From a bacterium (lineage in GTDB: Bacteria; Pseudomonadota; Alphaproteobacteria; Rhizobiales; Aestuariivirgaceae): a DNA stretch of 64,000 nucleotides. A model generated the notes under the pieces. The model had not been told where the DNA came from, ran no database searches, and was given only the letters and a program-made list of their open reading frames with translations. This document shows, piece after piece, positions 55,878 to 64,000 of the stretch. Both the position numbers and the translations under genes were made by a program. Where the stretch lies: assembly GCA_022842165.1 (NCBI GenBank), contig JALHQC010000015.1:12030-76029 (forward strand). Reading direction: 5' to 3'. Positions within the stretch are counted from its first letter, which is position 1. Every line of letters begins with the position of its first letter.

Positions 55878-57254
55878 TCAGCCGATTGACGGCGTCGACA
55901 GCAGCCACAGGCCGAAGGCCGTGTAGACTACCATGGCCGCAGCGAGCGGGGCTTCGAGCTTCCAGGCCGCTTGGCGTGTCAGGCCGCTCCGCATGGCGAT
56001 CGAATGGGCGACCGCGACACTGACGATGTGGCCCAGAACGATTGCCGTGGTCTGGGCCGCGAAAATGGCCGCAACGCCCGATGCGTTGTTGAGGAACGAG
56101 GCAGTTACATGCTGGCCCCGAAGGCCCAAGAGATCCGCGCCCGTGCCGAGAGGATCGTTCGCGGCAAGAGCGAAATACTGGATGTTCACCAGCGCGTCGC
56201 CAAGATAATGGGCGAAATGATAGGCAATCGAGATCGGGATCAGCGCGTAGACGAAGCGGCCGGCGTGCAAGCGCAGGACGCCCGGCTTGCCCGCCCAGAG
56301 CCAGCCGAGCGCCATGCTGGCGAAATAGAACGCCGCCAGAACTCCGAATGACGCGGCCAGCCCCAACGTGTTGGCGGCAACAAGCGCCGTCCGCCCGGGG
56401 TGATCCAGCGGATTGATGCCAATTGAAGACAGCCACAAGAACGTGTTGGCGAAGCCATCGAAGGAAATCGTGCTCAAGGTGAGCAGCACGAAAACGCTGC
56501 CCGCGACGGGAAGAGCCGGCCGCACGGCAAGGCCCGCGCCGGGAAGGCGGAGCACCAGGCGCCCATTTACTCCGACCGGCGCCGCAGACGAGAGTTGGGA
56601 AAGGAAAATGGCGAATGGATCGCCCCGCCCCAGCCAAGCCTCAGCGCCGAAAACGATCATGGCCGCCAGCGTCATCACGGCATAGGTGGAGACGGCCATA
56701 GCGAGACGTTCCGGATCCTCGGGGGATGGGTAAACGAGCTGGAACCACGCGAAAGCCGCAAAGATGACGACTGCGGGCACGTAATCCATCCAGGGCGGAA
56801 ATCTCAGCAGCGGTTTCAAGCCTGAAGCCGCGTAAATTCCCCTGAACGGGTTGAGCGCCAGCCACAGGTTTCCGAAAACCGGATGAAGCAGCACGATGAC
56901 GACCCACCAGATCGTCCAGATCGCGAGGGGCAGAAGATTTTCCGCGGGATCGTGCGGGCCGATGAAGCCGATCGATATCAGCGCGGCGAGAATCACCAGG
57001 CTCGCGAGGCTGACCGCGACCGTCAGCTTTGCCGGAGCTTCACCAAGTTTCTTCCGGGCCGCCGTCAGGGTTTCGAAGTAGCGATCGGGCAGGACCGAGA
57101 CGATCGCGAATGTGGCGAGCACGGCGAGAGCTCCGCCCATGATGACAAGGCCCGTCGGCAGCAGGAGCACGAACCCCCGCGCCGAACTGTGCGCGGAGGC
57201 CGGAGCCGCGGTTGCAAGCGCCACCACGGCAAGTGCCGCGGCGAAGCGCATCAT
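55878..57254 (-). CDS. Conserved polytopic membrane protein (FedB / 'fenitrothion hydrolase'-annotated family), function unknown
   Basis: Signal ASA|HSS, WTIWWV, LIPISIAYHFAHY, DPLGTG.DLLG, GHIVSV.VAH. Confidence 0.6.
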   Translation of the reverse strand: MMRFAAALAVVALATAAPASAHSSARGFVLLLPTGLVIMGGALAVLATFAIVSVLPDRYFETLTAARKKLGEAPAKLTVAVSLASLVILAALISIGFIGPHDPAENLLPLAIWTIWWVVIVLLHPVFGNLWLALNPFRGIYAASGLKPLLRFPPWMDYVPAVVIFAAFAWFQLVYPSPEDPERLAMAVSTYAVMTLAAMIVFGAEAWLGRGDPFAIFLSQLSSAAPVGVNGRLVLRLPGAGLAVRPALPVAGSVFVLLTLSTISFDGFANTFLWLSSIGINPLDHPGRTALVAANTLGLAASFGVLAAFYFASMALGWLWAGKPGVLRLHAGRFVYALIPISIAYHFAHYLGDALVNIQYFALAANDPLGTGADLLGLRGQHVTASFLNNASGVAAIFAAQTTAIVLGHIVSVAVAHSIAMRSGLTRQAAWKLEAPLAAAMVVYTAFGLWLLSTPSIG

Positions 57255-57952
57255 GTTCCGACACCGACGTAGCGGTCAATCATCTGGCGGCTGGCCTTCA
57301 ACTCGCCGACGGCCACGGTCGCGGTCACCCGGCCATTCTCCACGAAGGCGACGCGATCCGCGACCGGGAGCACTGCGTCGACACGCTGTTCCACCAATAT
57401 GGTGGTGACCCCTTGCGCCTTCAGGTCGATGACGGATTGCCGGATGCGGGCGATCATCGCGGGCATCAGGCCTTCGGTCGGTTCATCGAGCAGCAGCACT
57501 TTGGGATCGATGCAGAGTGCTCGCGCCATGGCCAGCATCTGCTGTTCACCGCCGCTCATGGTGCCGGCGCGCTGGCCAAGACGTTCCTTCAGCAGCGGGA
57601 AGACTGCCAGCGCGCGGTCTAGCACCTGCGGCCCGGAATTTCGTGTCATCAAACCGATGCGCAAGTTTTCGATCACCGTCAATTCCGAGAAGAGCCTCCG
57701 GCCCTGCGGCACGTAACCGATGCCGAGGCGCGGAACCTGATGGGCGGCAAGCTTCCCCAAATCCGTGCCATCGAAGAGGATTTGCCCGCTCTTCGGCGGC
57801 ACGAGGCCCATGATGGCCTTCAGCGCTGTGGTCTTTCCGGCGCCGTTGCGGCCCAGAAGGCAGAGGATTTCACCGGCCTCCAGTTTCAATGCAAAGGCAC
57901 GGAGCACCTGCGCCGCGCCGTAGAAGCAGTCGATATCGCGAATATCAAGCAT
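57251..57952 (-). CDS. Liv-type ABC ATPase, LivF-like
   Basis: GRNGAGKTT, MSGGEQQM, LDEPTEGL. Confidence 0.9.
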   Translation of the reverse strand: MLDIRDIDCFYGAAQVLRAFALKLEAGEILCLLGRNGAGKTTALKAIMGLVPPKSGQILFDGTDLGKLAAHQVPRLGIGYVPQGRRLFSELTVIENLRIGLMTRNSGPQVLDRALAVFPLLKERLGQRAGTMSGGEQQMLAMARALCIDPKVLLLDEPTEGLMPAMIARIRQSVIDLKAQGVTTILVEQRVDAVLPVADRVAFVENGRVTATVAVGELKASRQMIDRYVGVGT

Positions 57953-58655
57953 CGGCAGTTCCCAGATAGGCGTTCTGCACGGCGCGATTGGCGCGGATAT
58001 CCTCCGGCGCTCCCTCTGCCAGGATCTGTCCGCGGTCCAGCACCGTGATGCGGTGGGCGAGTTCCATCACCACGGGCATGTTATGCTCGATCAGCAGGAC
58101 GGTGGCGGTTTTCGACAGCGTGCGGACGAGTTCGATGAAATTCGTAATCTCGGAATCGGAGAGACCTTGCGTCGGCTCGTCGAGGATGAGGAGCTTGGGA
58201 CGAAGTGCCAGTCCCATCGCGACCTCGAGAAGACGCTGATGGCCATAGGCCAGTGTTCCGGCAATCTGCGCGGCTCGGCCGGCGAGGCCGACTCGCTCGA
58301 GATATTCAAGGCTCGATTTCGCACCAGGTTGATGCGCGGCGAGTGCGACGTTTTCCGCCACCGTCAGGTTTCCGTAGATGCTGGTGATCTGGAATGTGTA
58401 AGCAATGCCAAGCCGTACGCGCTTAAAAGCGGGAAGCCTGGTGATGTCGTCGCCTTCGAAGAGGACAGCGCCGGAACTGGGCGCGAGCCGGCCCGAGACA
58501 AGGCTGACGAAGGTCGTCTTGCCGGCGCCATTGGGGCCGATGACGGCGCGTATCTCTCCGACCTCCAGCGTGAAATTCACATCCGACACGGCCTTGAGGC
58601 CGCCGAAACTGCGCGACAGGTTGCGGGTTTCCAGAAGCGGGCTCACGGCAGCCAT
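57945..58655 (-). CDS. Liv-type ABC ATPase, LivG-like
   Basis: GPNGAGKTT, LAYGHQR, LDEPTQGL, IEHNM; start set at ATG 58655. Confidence 0.88.
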   Translation of the reverse strand: MAAVSPLLETRNLSRSFGGLKAVSDVNFTLEVGEIRAVIGPNGAGKTTFVSLVSGRLAPSSGAVLFEGDDITRLPAFKRVRLGIAYTFQITSIYGNLTVAENVALAAHQPGAKSSLEYLERVGLAGRAAQIAGTLAYGHQRLLEVAMGLALRPKLLILDEPTQGLSDSEITNFIELVRTLSKTATVLLIEHNMPVVMELAHRITVLDRGQILAEGAPEDIRANRAVQNAYLGTADA

Positions 58656-59593
58656 TTCCAGTAGCGCTCGCGGATGGTGCCGAGAATGCCCTTCGGGAAG
58701 AACAGAACCAGCAGGATCAGCACGACGCCGATCATCAGCAGATTGGCGTTGGTGTAGCTCGAAGCGAGATCGACCAGCACGAACATCAGGCCAGTTCCAA
58801 GCACCGGCCCCAGAACTGTGGATGCGCCGCCAAGCAGGGTCCACAGCAGGGGATGGATCGAGTACTGGATCGAGGCCAGCGTCGAGCCTGCATAGGCGAA
58901 CATCAAGGCGTAGCAAGCGCCCGAAAATGCCGACAGCGTGCCGGACATGACGAAGGCCGCCAGCTTGTAGCGCTGGACATCATAGCCCAGCATGGACGTA
59001 CGCGTCTCGTTCTCGCGGATGGCAATCAGGATGTGGCCTATCCTCGAGCGCACGATCAGGAGGCTGAACGCAATAGCGCAACCGAGGAAAGCAAGCGCGA
59101 GATTGTAGCGGAGGACCGCGTTGGCGAGATCGACATCGAACCCAAGGAACGCAAACTTCCGGATCGTATCAGGGATGACGATGCCTTCATCACCCCTCGT
59201 ATACTCACCGAAATAGAGAACGGTAAGGAAGGCGGCCTGGCTGAACATCAGGGTCACGATCATAAAGGCAACGCCGCTGGCACGGAGCGTGATGACCCCC
59301 ATGACGAGCGAGACGGCAAGGCCCGCGAGAACAGCGAAGGCGAAGGCAGCGGGAACCGTGAGACCCATCAGCGTGGTGCCGAGGGCTGCTGCATAAAGCC
59401 CGGTGGCAAAGAACATCGCATGGCCAAGGCTCAGGAGGCCGGTGTAGCCGAAGAGCAGGTTGTAGCCGATGGCAAAGATCGCCAGCACCATGATGCGCGT
59501 GAGCATGAGCACGATGTATTCGCTGGCCGCGAACTGCGCGAGAAAAAGCGCGGCGATGACGGCGAGGTGGAGAAACATCACGCGCACGCTCAT
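58643..59593 (-). CDS. Liv-type ABC permease, LivM-like
   Basis: NLLFGYTGLLSLGHAMFF, AIRENE.R..MLGY, LLGG..T..GP. Confidence 0.88.
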   Translation of the reverse strand: MSVRVMFLHLAVIAALFLAQFAASEYIVLMLTRIMVLAIFAIGYNLLFGYTGLLSLGHAMFFATGLYAAALGTTLMGLTVPAAFAFAVLAGLAVSLVMGVITLRASGVAFMIVTLMFSQAAFLTVLYFGEYTRGDEGIVIPDTIRKFAFLGFDVDLANAVLRYNLALAFLGCAIAFSLLIVRSRIGHILIAIRENETRTSMLGYDVQRYKLAAFVMSGTLSAFSGACYALMFAYAGSTLASIQYSIHPLLWTLLGGASTVLGPVLGTGLMFVLVDLASSYTNANLLMIGVVLILLVLFFPKGILGTIRERYWKWLP

Positions 59594-60471
59594 CTTGCGG
59601 TTACACCGAAGAGGCCTTGCGGGCGCACCACCAGCACCAGCGCCACGGCAAGCGTTGCGATGATTGAGGCAAGTGTCGGGGAGAAGAAGACCGAGATGAT
59701 GCCATCGGCCATGCCGATAATGAGGGCCGCGATGACGCTGCCCTTGATCGAACCCAGCCCCCCGATGATGACGACGATGAAGCTCATGAGCAGCGGGTCG
59801 AGCCCCATCAGGTAGTGTGCCTGCTGGATCGGCACGATCAGGACGGCAGCGACGGCAACCAGCGCGGCTCCGGCCACGAAGACGGCGGAATAGACCGTGT
59901 TGACCGGAATGCCGAAGGCGGTGGCGGTCTCACGGTCGAACTGGGTGACCCGCATGATGAGGCCATAGCGGGTGCGGGCCAGAACCCACCATACTCCAAC
60001 CAGGATGAAGACAGAGGCCACGACGACGAAAAGCTTGTAGCCGGAATAGCCGAACCACGGGAAGGCAATGCGATAGGTGAAAGGTGCCGCGACAGGCTTG
60101 GCATCCGCTCCGAACAGCGACAACGCCAGTTGCTGGATGACGAACAGCAAGCCGATGGTGGCGACGATTGTGGCTTCGGGATCGTACTTGATGCGGCGGA
60201 GCAAAAGCCGCTCGGTAAGAAAGGCAAGAAAACCGACCGCGGCCGGTGCGACGACCAGCGCGGCCATGAAACCCGCGAGCGGCCCCCCCGGCACCATTTT
60301 CGCCGTCCACCACGCCAGCATGGCACCCAGCATGAAGAATTCGCCATGCGCGACATTGACGACACGCATGACGCCAAAGACCAGCGACAGCCCGAGGGCT
60401 GACAGCGCCAGCACGGCGGCGGCCACGGTGCCCTCAAGTATCGCCAGGAAGAGGTGAGGAAGAAAGGACAC
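59590..60471 (-). CDS. Liv-type ABC permease, LivH-like
   Basis: GLSLVFGVMRVVNVAHGEF, IIGGLGSIKG, RPQGLFG. Confidence 0.88.
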   Translation of the reverse strand: MSFLPHLFLAILEGTVAAAVLALSALGLSLVFGVMRVVNVAHGEFFMLGAMLAWWTAKMVPGGPLAGFMAALVVAPAAVGFLAFLTERLLLRRIKYDPEATIVATIGLLFVIQQLALSLFGADAKPVAAPFTYRIAFPWFGYSGYKLFVVVASVFILVGVWWVLARTRYGLIMRVTQFDRETATAFGIPVNTVYSAVFVAGAALVAVAAVLIVPIQQAHYLMGLDPLLMSFIVVIIGGLGSIKGSVIAALIIGMADGIISVFFSPTLASIIATLAVALVLVVRPQGLFGVTAR

Positions 60472-60540
60472 GGCGCTGAGATGCTCGATCTGTGTTTGCC
60501 GGACGTCTCCTCCCCGGCAGAACCGGAGAGGAGGCGAGTG

Positions 60541-61848
60541 TCAAAGCGCCATCTTGGTGTAGTCGCCTTCCGGCTCGTAGAGGCCCTCCTCGATCGTGGT
60601 GCGATAGACAACTTCGGCGACGCCCGATTTCACCTGCGTGATGTTCTGGTGGCCGAAGCACTGGTGGATCTTGCCGTTGAACTGCTTGTCGCCTTGCGGG
60701 TGCTCGTTGCCTTCCGCAAAGCTTGTCATGGCTTCGGTGGCCTCAATCAGTTTCGCCTTGTCGGCCGGGCCCTGATAGCCGGCAGACTCCATCGCCCTCT
60801 TCAGGATGAAAAGCGTCTCCCAACAGCCGAACATGTGGGAGAAGGTCGAGATGTCGGCGGCATCCGAGACGCTGGCGCCATTGGCATCAACGCCGACCTT
60901 CTCGCGGTAGAAGGTGTCATGCGGCTTCGGCGATGCGCCGGCAAAGCGCGGGTAGGCTTCCCAGAGATAGGAGCCTTCGAGGAACTCGAGTCCCGGGCTC
61001 TTGAGATCGACCGCCTCGAGGCTGTCGATGAAGCCGAAGAGCGCGGGGTGGCTCGAGCCGAAATGCTCGCCCAGTTCCTTGACGAAGGTGAGAACGGCGG
61101 GGCCGACCATCACGTGATAAATCACTTCCGTATCCGCCGGAATTTGCGGGAAGTATCGCGTAAAGGATGACTCCGTCGGCGGGATCGGGATCAGGGCGTT
61201 AACGTCGCCACCCTGAGCCTTGATGGCGGCGGAAAAATAGTCGCGATGATCGTGGCCGAAAGCAAAGTCCGGATAGATCATGCACACCTTCTTGCCGACG
61301 TTCTTGGCAATCCACGGCGCCATGGCGATGACCTGGCTTTTCACATCCGTGATGCCGGGCTGGAACGTGTAGCGGTTGAGGCCGGTCGAAGCCACGTGAT
61401 GGCCTTCGGAGACGACATAATAGGGCAGCTTCAGCTCGCCTGCGCGGGGTGCCGATCCCATCACCACATGGCTGAAGAGCGTGCCGAAGCCCACATCGCA
61501 CTTGTGCTGGGTTGCGAATTTCTCGACCACTTCGGCGCCGCGTCCTGGGTCCGTCCCGTCATCTTCCGCAATGATCTCGACCTTGCGACCGTTAATGCCG
61601 CCCTGTTCGTTGATGAGCGCCGCGGCGGCGGTCGTCGTACGCTCGTACCAGCGGCCATAGGCGGCGCCGATGCCGGTGCGATGGACCTGGAAGCCGATGC
61701 GGATGGGCTCGGAGGACTGCGCCTGCGCATAGCGCACGAAACCCGGGCCGGCGGCGAGGCCTGCCGCAGCGCCGGCGCCCATGAGCTTGATGGCCTTGCG
61801 GCGGGAAAGGCCGGGCTTTTTCGGAACTATCAGCTTGGAACCGTTCAT
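60541..61848 (-). CDS. Tat-exported Liv-type ABC substrate-binding protein
   Basis: LSRRKAIK twin-arginine signal, INEQGGINGR.VE...EDD; start ATG 61848 preferred. Confidence 0.85.
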   Translation of the reverse strand: MNGSKLIVPKKPGLSRRKAIKLMGAGAAAGLAAGPGFVRYAQAQSSEPIRIGFQVHRTGIGAAYGRWYERTTTAAAALINEQGGINGRKVEIIAEDDGTDPGRGAEVVEKFATQHKCDVGFGTLFSHVVMGSAPRAGELKLPYYVVSEGHHVASTGLNRYTFQPGITDVKSQVIAMAPWIAKNVGKKVCMIYPDFAFGHDHRDYFSAAIKAQGGDVNALIPIPPTESSFTRYFPQIPADTEVIYHVMVGPAVLTFVKELGEHFGSSHPALFGFIDSLEAVDLKSPGLEFLEGSYLWEAYPRFAGASPKPHDTFYREKVGVDANGASVSDAADISTFSHMFGCWETLFILKRAMESAGYQGPADKAKLIEATEAMTSFAEGNEHPQGDKQFNGKIHQCFGHQNITQVKSGVAEVVYRTTIEEGLYEPEGDYTKMAL

Positions 61849-61958
61849 CGCATCATCCTCCTGGTGTTTTTTGGGCCGGTTGTCGGCCATGTCCTTCCTG
61901 AGACGGAAGGCATCATAGCAAAAACGGAAACACAGGATAGAGGTAGCGGACCTTGGTC

Positions 61959-62420
61959 TCAGGCGATCTCGCGAAGCAGCCGCAACAATTCGGCGCGCTC
62001 GGCCGGGCTCAGGTTTTTCAGGGTTTCTTCGGTCACGGCCATGGCGGCAGGCAATCGCCGCACGATCACCTCCCTGCCCTGCGGCGTGATCTCGATCAGG
62101 TTGCGGCGGCTGTCATTGGGGTCGGCATGGGTGGTCAGGAGGCCGCGCCGGATCAGCCGGTCGACGACGCCCTTGATGGTCGCAACATCCATGGCCGTGT
62201 CGCGCCCCAACTGGTTCTGCGACACGGATTTCAACTCCGCCACCTTGACGAGGGCCGCCCACTGCGTAGGGGTGAGATCATCATCCATCCCACGTGCGAA
62301 GATCGCCGCGTGGCGCTGACCAGCCCTCCGGAGATAGAAGCCGACCTGGTCCTCAAGACGGTAGTTGCCGAGATCGATACCGGCGGCAGGCGGTTTGGGA
62401 TTGAGAGTGCGAAAGCTCAC
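61959..62420 (-). CDS. MarR-family regulator (NicR-like)
   Basis: YRLEDQVGFYLRRA.QRH..IF, LTPTQWAAL, MD.ATIKGVVDRL, D.RR. Confidence 0.88.
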   Translation of the reverse strand: MSFRTLNPKPPAAGIDLGNYRLEDQVGFYLRRAGQRHAAIFARGMDDDLTPTQWAALVKVAELKSVSQNQLGRDTAMDVATIKGVVDRLIRRGLLTTHADPNDSRRNLIEITPQGREVIVRRLPAAMAVTEETLKNLSPAERAELLRLLREIA

Positions 62421-63217
62421 CGTTCCACGAAGGCCTTCTCGATCACGTAGCTGCCGGGCTCGTTGCTGCTGCCTTCGATGAAGCTGCGGGCGCGCAGGAG
62501 TTCGGTGATATCGGAGAGGAAGGCCGGGCTGCCGCAGACCATAACGCGATCCTGCGTTGCTTCGAGTGGCGCGAGGCCTAGCGTATCAGTCAGCTTGTTG
62601 GAGGCCAGTGCAGCAGTGATCCGCCCGCCGTTGCGGAAGGGCTCGCGCGTGATTGTCGGATAGTAGAGAAGCTTGGCGCGGATTTCCTCGCCCAGCAGCT
62701 CATCGTTCGGCAGGCTGTTTTCGATCTCGTCCGCATAGGCGAGTTCATTGGCGAAGCGACAGCCGTGGACCAGCACGATCTTGTCGAAGCGCTCATAGGC
62801 AGCGGGATCCTTCGCGATGCTCAGGAAAGGCGCCAGGCCGGTGCCAGTGCCGAGGAGAAACAGGTTGCGGCCCGGAAGCAGGTTATCGATCAGCAGCGTG
62901 CCGGTCGCTTTCTTGCCGACAAGCACCTTGTCGCCAACTTTCAGGTGCTGAAGCTTCGAGGTCAGCGGCCCTTCCTGCACCTTGATCGACAGGAATTCGA
63001 GCTGTTCGGCATAATTCGGGCTGACGAGACTATAGGCTCGCAGCAACGGCTTCCCGTTGACGGGCAAGCCGATCATCGTGAACTGCCCGTTCTCATAGCG
63101 GAATGAGGGGGACCGGGTCGTGGTGAAGCTGAACAGCCGGTCAGTCCAGTGCCGGACTTTCAGGACTTCTTCTTCGAAAAGCGCACTCATGAAAGGGTCC
63201 GAAACTGGGGTTGTCAT
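62417..63217 (-). CDS. fpr: Ferredoxin--NADP+ reductase (bacterial FPR)
   Basis: VRHWTDRLFSF, RAYS, GPLTS.LQ, GTGTGLAPF, CGSP, EKAFVE. Confidence 0.92.
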   Translation of the reverse strand: MTTPVSDPFMSALFEEEVLKVRHWTDRLFSFTTTRSPSFRYENGQFTMIGLPVNGKPLLRAYSLVSPNYAEQLEFLSIKVQEGPLTSKLQHLKVGDKVLVGKKATGTLLIDNLLPGRNLFLLGTGTGLAPFLSIAKDPAAYERFDKIVLVHGCRFANELAYADEIENSLPNDELLGEEIRAKLLYYPTITREPFRNGGRITAALASNKLTDTLGLAPLEATQDRVMVCGSPAFLSDITELLRARSFIEGSSNEPGSYVIEKAFVER

Positions 63218-63221
63218 AAAG

Positions 63222-63241
63222 ATCGTTCGTATACAAACGAT
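63222..63241. promoter_or_regulatory. 20-bp palindromic operator, probable MarR site
   Basis: ATCGTTCGTATACAAACGAT (one mismatched pair), 4 nt upstream of the fpr ATG. Confidence 0.7.
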
Positions 63242-63374
63242 AACTAGGAATGCCGGATGGTGTTGTCAACGGCGGAGGCTATGAACTTTAGGCGGAATGC
63301 CATGCCTCAGGATGAGGTTGGAAGTGCTCATCCCGAAGGTCTATCACTTGCCATCCGTCACTCTTGAGGTTCAG

Positions 63375-64000
63375 ATGAAAGCCCTGCGTTTCCACCAGGC
63401 TCGCGATCTGCGGATCGATCATATCCCGCAACCAGACAAGCCGGTGGGCGATCAGGTGCTGATGCGGGTTTCCTACTGCGGCATTTGCGGCACTGATCTC
63501 CATGAATATCTGTCGGGACCGATCATTCTGCCGGTCAAGCCTCACCCCGAAACCGGCGCCAAGGTGCCAATCATTCTGGGCCACGAGTTTTCCGCAGTGG
63601 TGACGGATACGGGACCGGACGTCTCGGACGTCAAGGCGGGAGACCGTGTCGCCATAATCCCGCACCTGATCAAGGCGGGCGACTATTACACCCGCCGCAA
63701 CCTCGGGCAGTTCAGCCCGGCGACAGGCCTTGTCGGCCTAACCTGGCACTGGGGCGGCATGGGAGAACACGCCATGGTGCCGGAGCAGAATGTCGTGAAG
63801 CTTCCCGACACCGTGAGCGACGAACAAGGCGCATTGCTGGAACCCGCCGCGGTGGCGGTAAACGCCGTCGACTATGCAGGGGTCGCGGCTGGCAGCACGG
63901 TTCTGATCACCGGAGCCGGGGCCATTGGTGCCTTGACGGCACTGGCAGCGCTGGCCGCAGGCGCTACGAAGGTGTTCCTCTACGAACCCAATGCCAGCCG
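63375..64000 (+). CDS. Zn-dependent medium-chain dehydrogenase (2,3-butanediol dehydrogenase-like), N-terminal part
   Basis: Manual translation: MKALRFH..RDLRID, CGICGTDLHEY..GP, GHEFS, LLEPAAVA, GAGAIG; runs off the window edge. Confidence 0.85.
   Translation, partial: MKALRFHQARDLRIDHIPQPDKPVGDQVLMRVSYCGICGTDLHEYLSGPIILPVKPHPETGAKVPIILGHEFSAVVTDTGPDVSDVKAGDRVAIIPHLIKAGDYYTRRNLGQFSPATGLVGLTWHWGGMGEHAMVPEQNVVKLPDTVSDEQGALLEPAAVAVNAVDYAGVAAGSTVLITGAGAIGALTALAALAAGATKVFLYEPNAS

Noticed and set aside
784-62319. Many long antisense or alternate-frame ORFs (e.g. 784-2094, 7727-9262, 10298-11947, 37838-39460, 50499-51770)
   Set aside because: They shadow well-supported genes and have no recognisable motifs; expected in GC-rich DNA

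Overview
Gene-dense, GC-rich window from an alphaproteobacterium (probably Hyphomicrobiales-like, inferred from gene content). I saw no rRNA, tRNA, CRISPR array, IS or prophage. Blocks in order: (1) PEP-hydrolase-family TIM barrel, deoC and a partial aldehyde dehydrogenase. (2) A complete methylated-amine module (tmoP-like permease, tdm, tmm, dmmDABC). (3) DUF1537 kinase plus RuBisCO-like protein (oiaK/oiaX-like) and a GntR regulator. (4) A 10-gene uncharacterised catabolic cluster with two copies of a TAACCA-N2-TGGTTA operator next to a TetR gene. (5) A general-stress-response island (phyR-nepR-ecfG plus many targets). I located 16 GGAAC-N16/17-xxTT EcfG-type promoters by eye. One drives a 23-aa micropeptide missing from the ORF track, and one lies about 24 kb from the sigma gene with no gene behind it. 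(6) An AttFGH-like ABC/lipocalin trio. (7) A class II HDAC-like amidohydrolase heading a Liv-type ABC importer. (8) An EEP phosphatase and a cardiolipin-synthase-like PLD. (9) An fpr-marR-ABC-membrane protein operon with a 20-bp palindromic operator, facing a partial Zn-dependent alcohol dehydrogenase that lacks the structural-zinc cysteines. All product calls come from motif recognition and gene context, not database searches.
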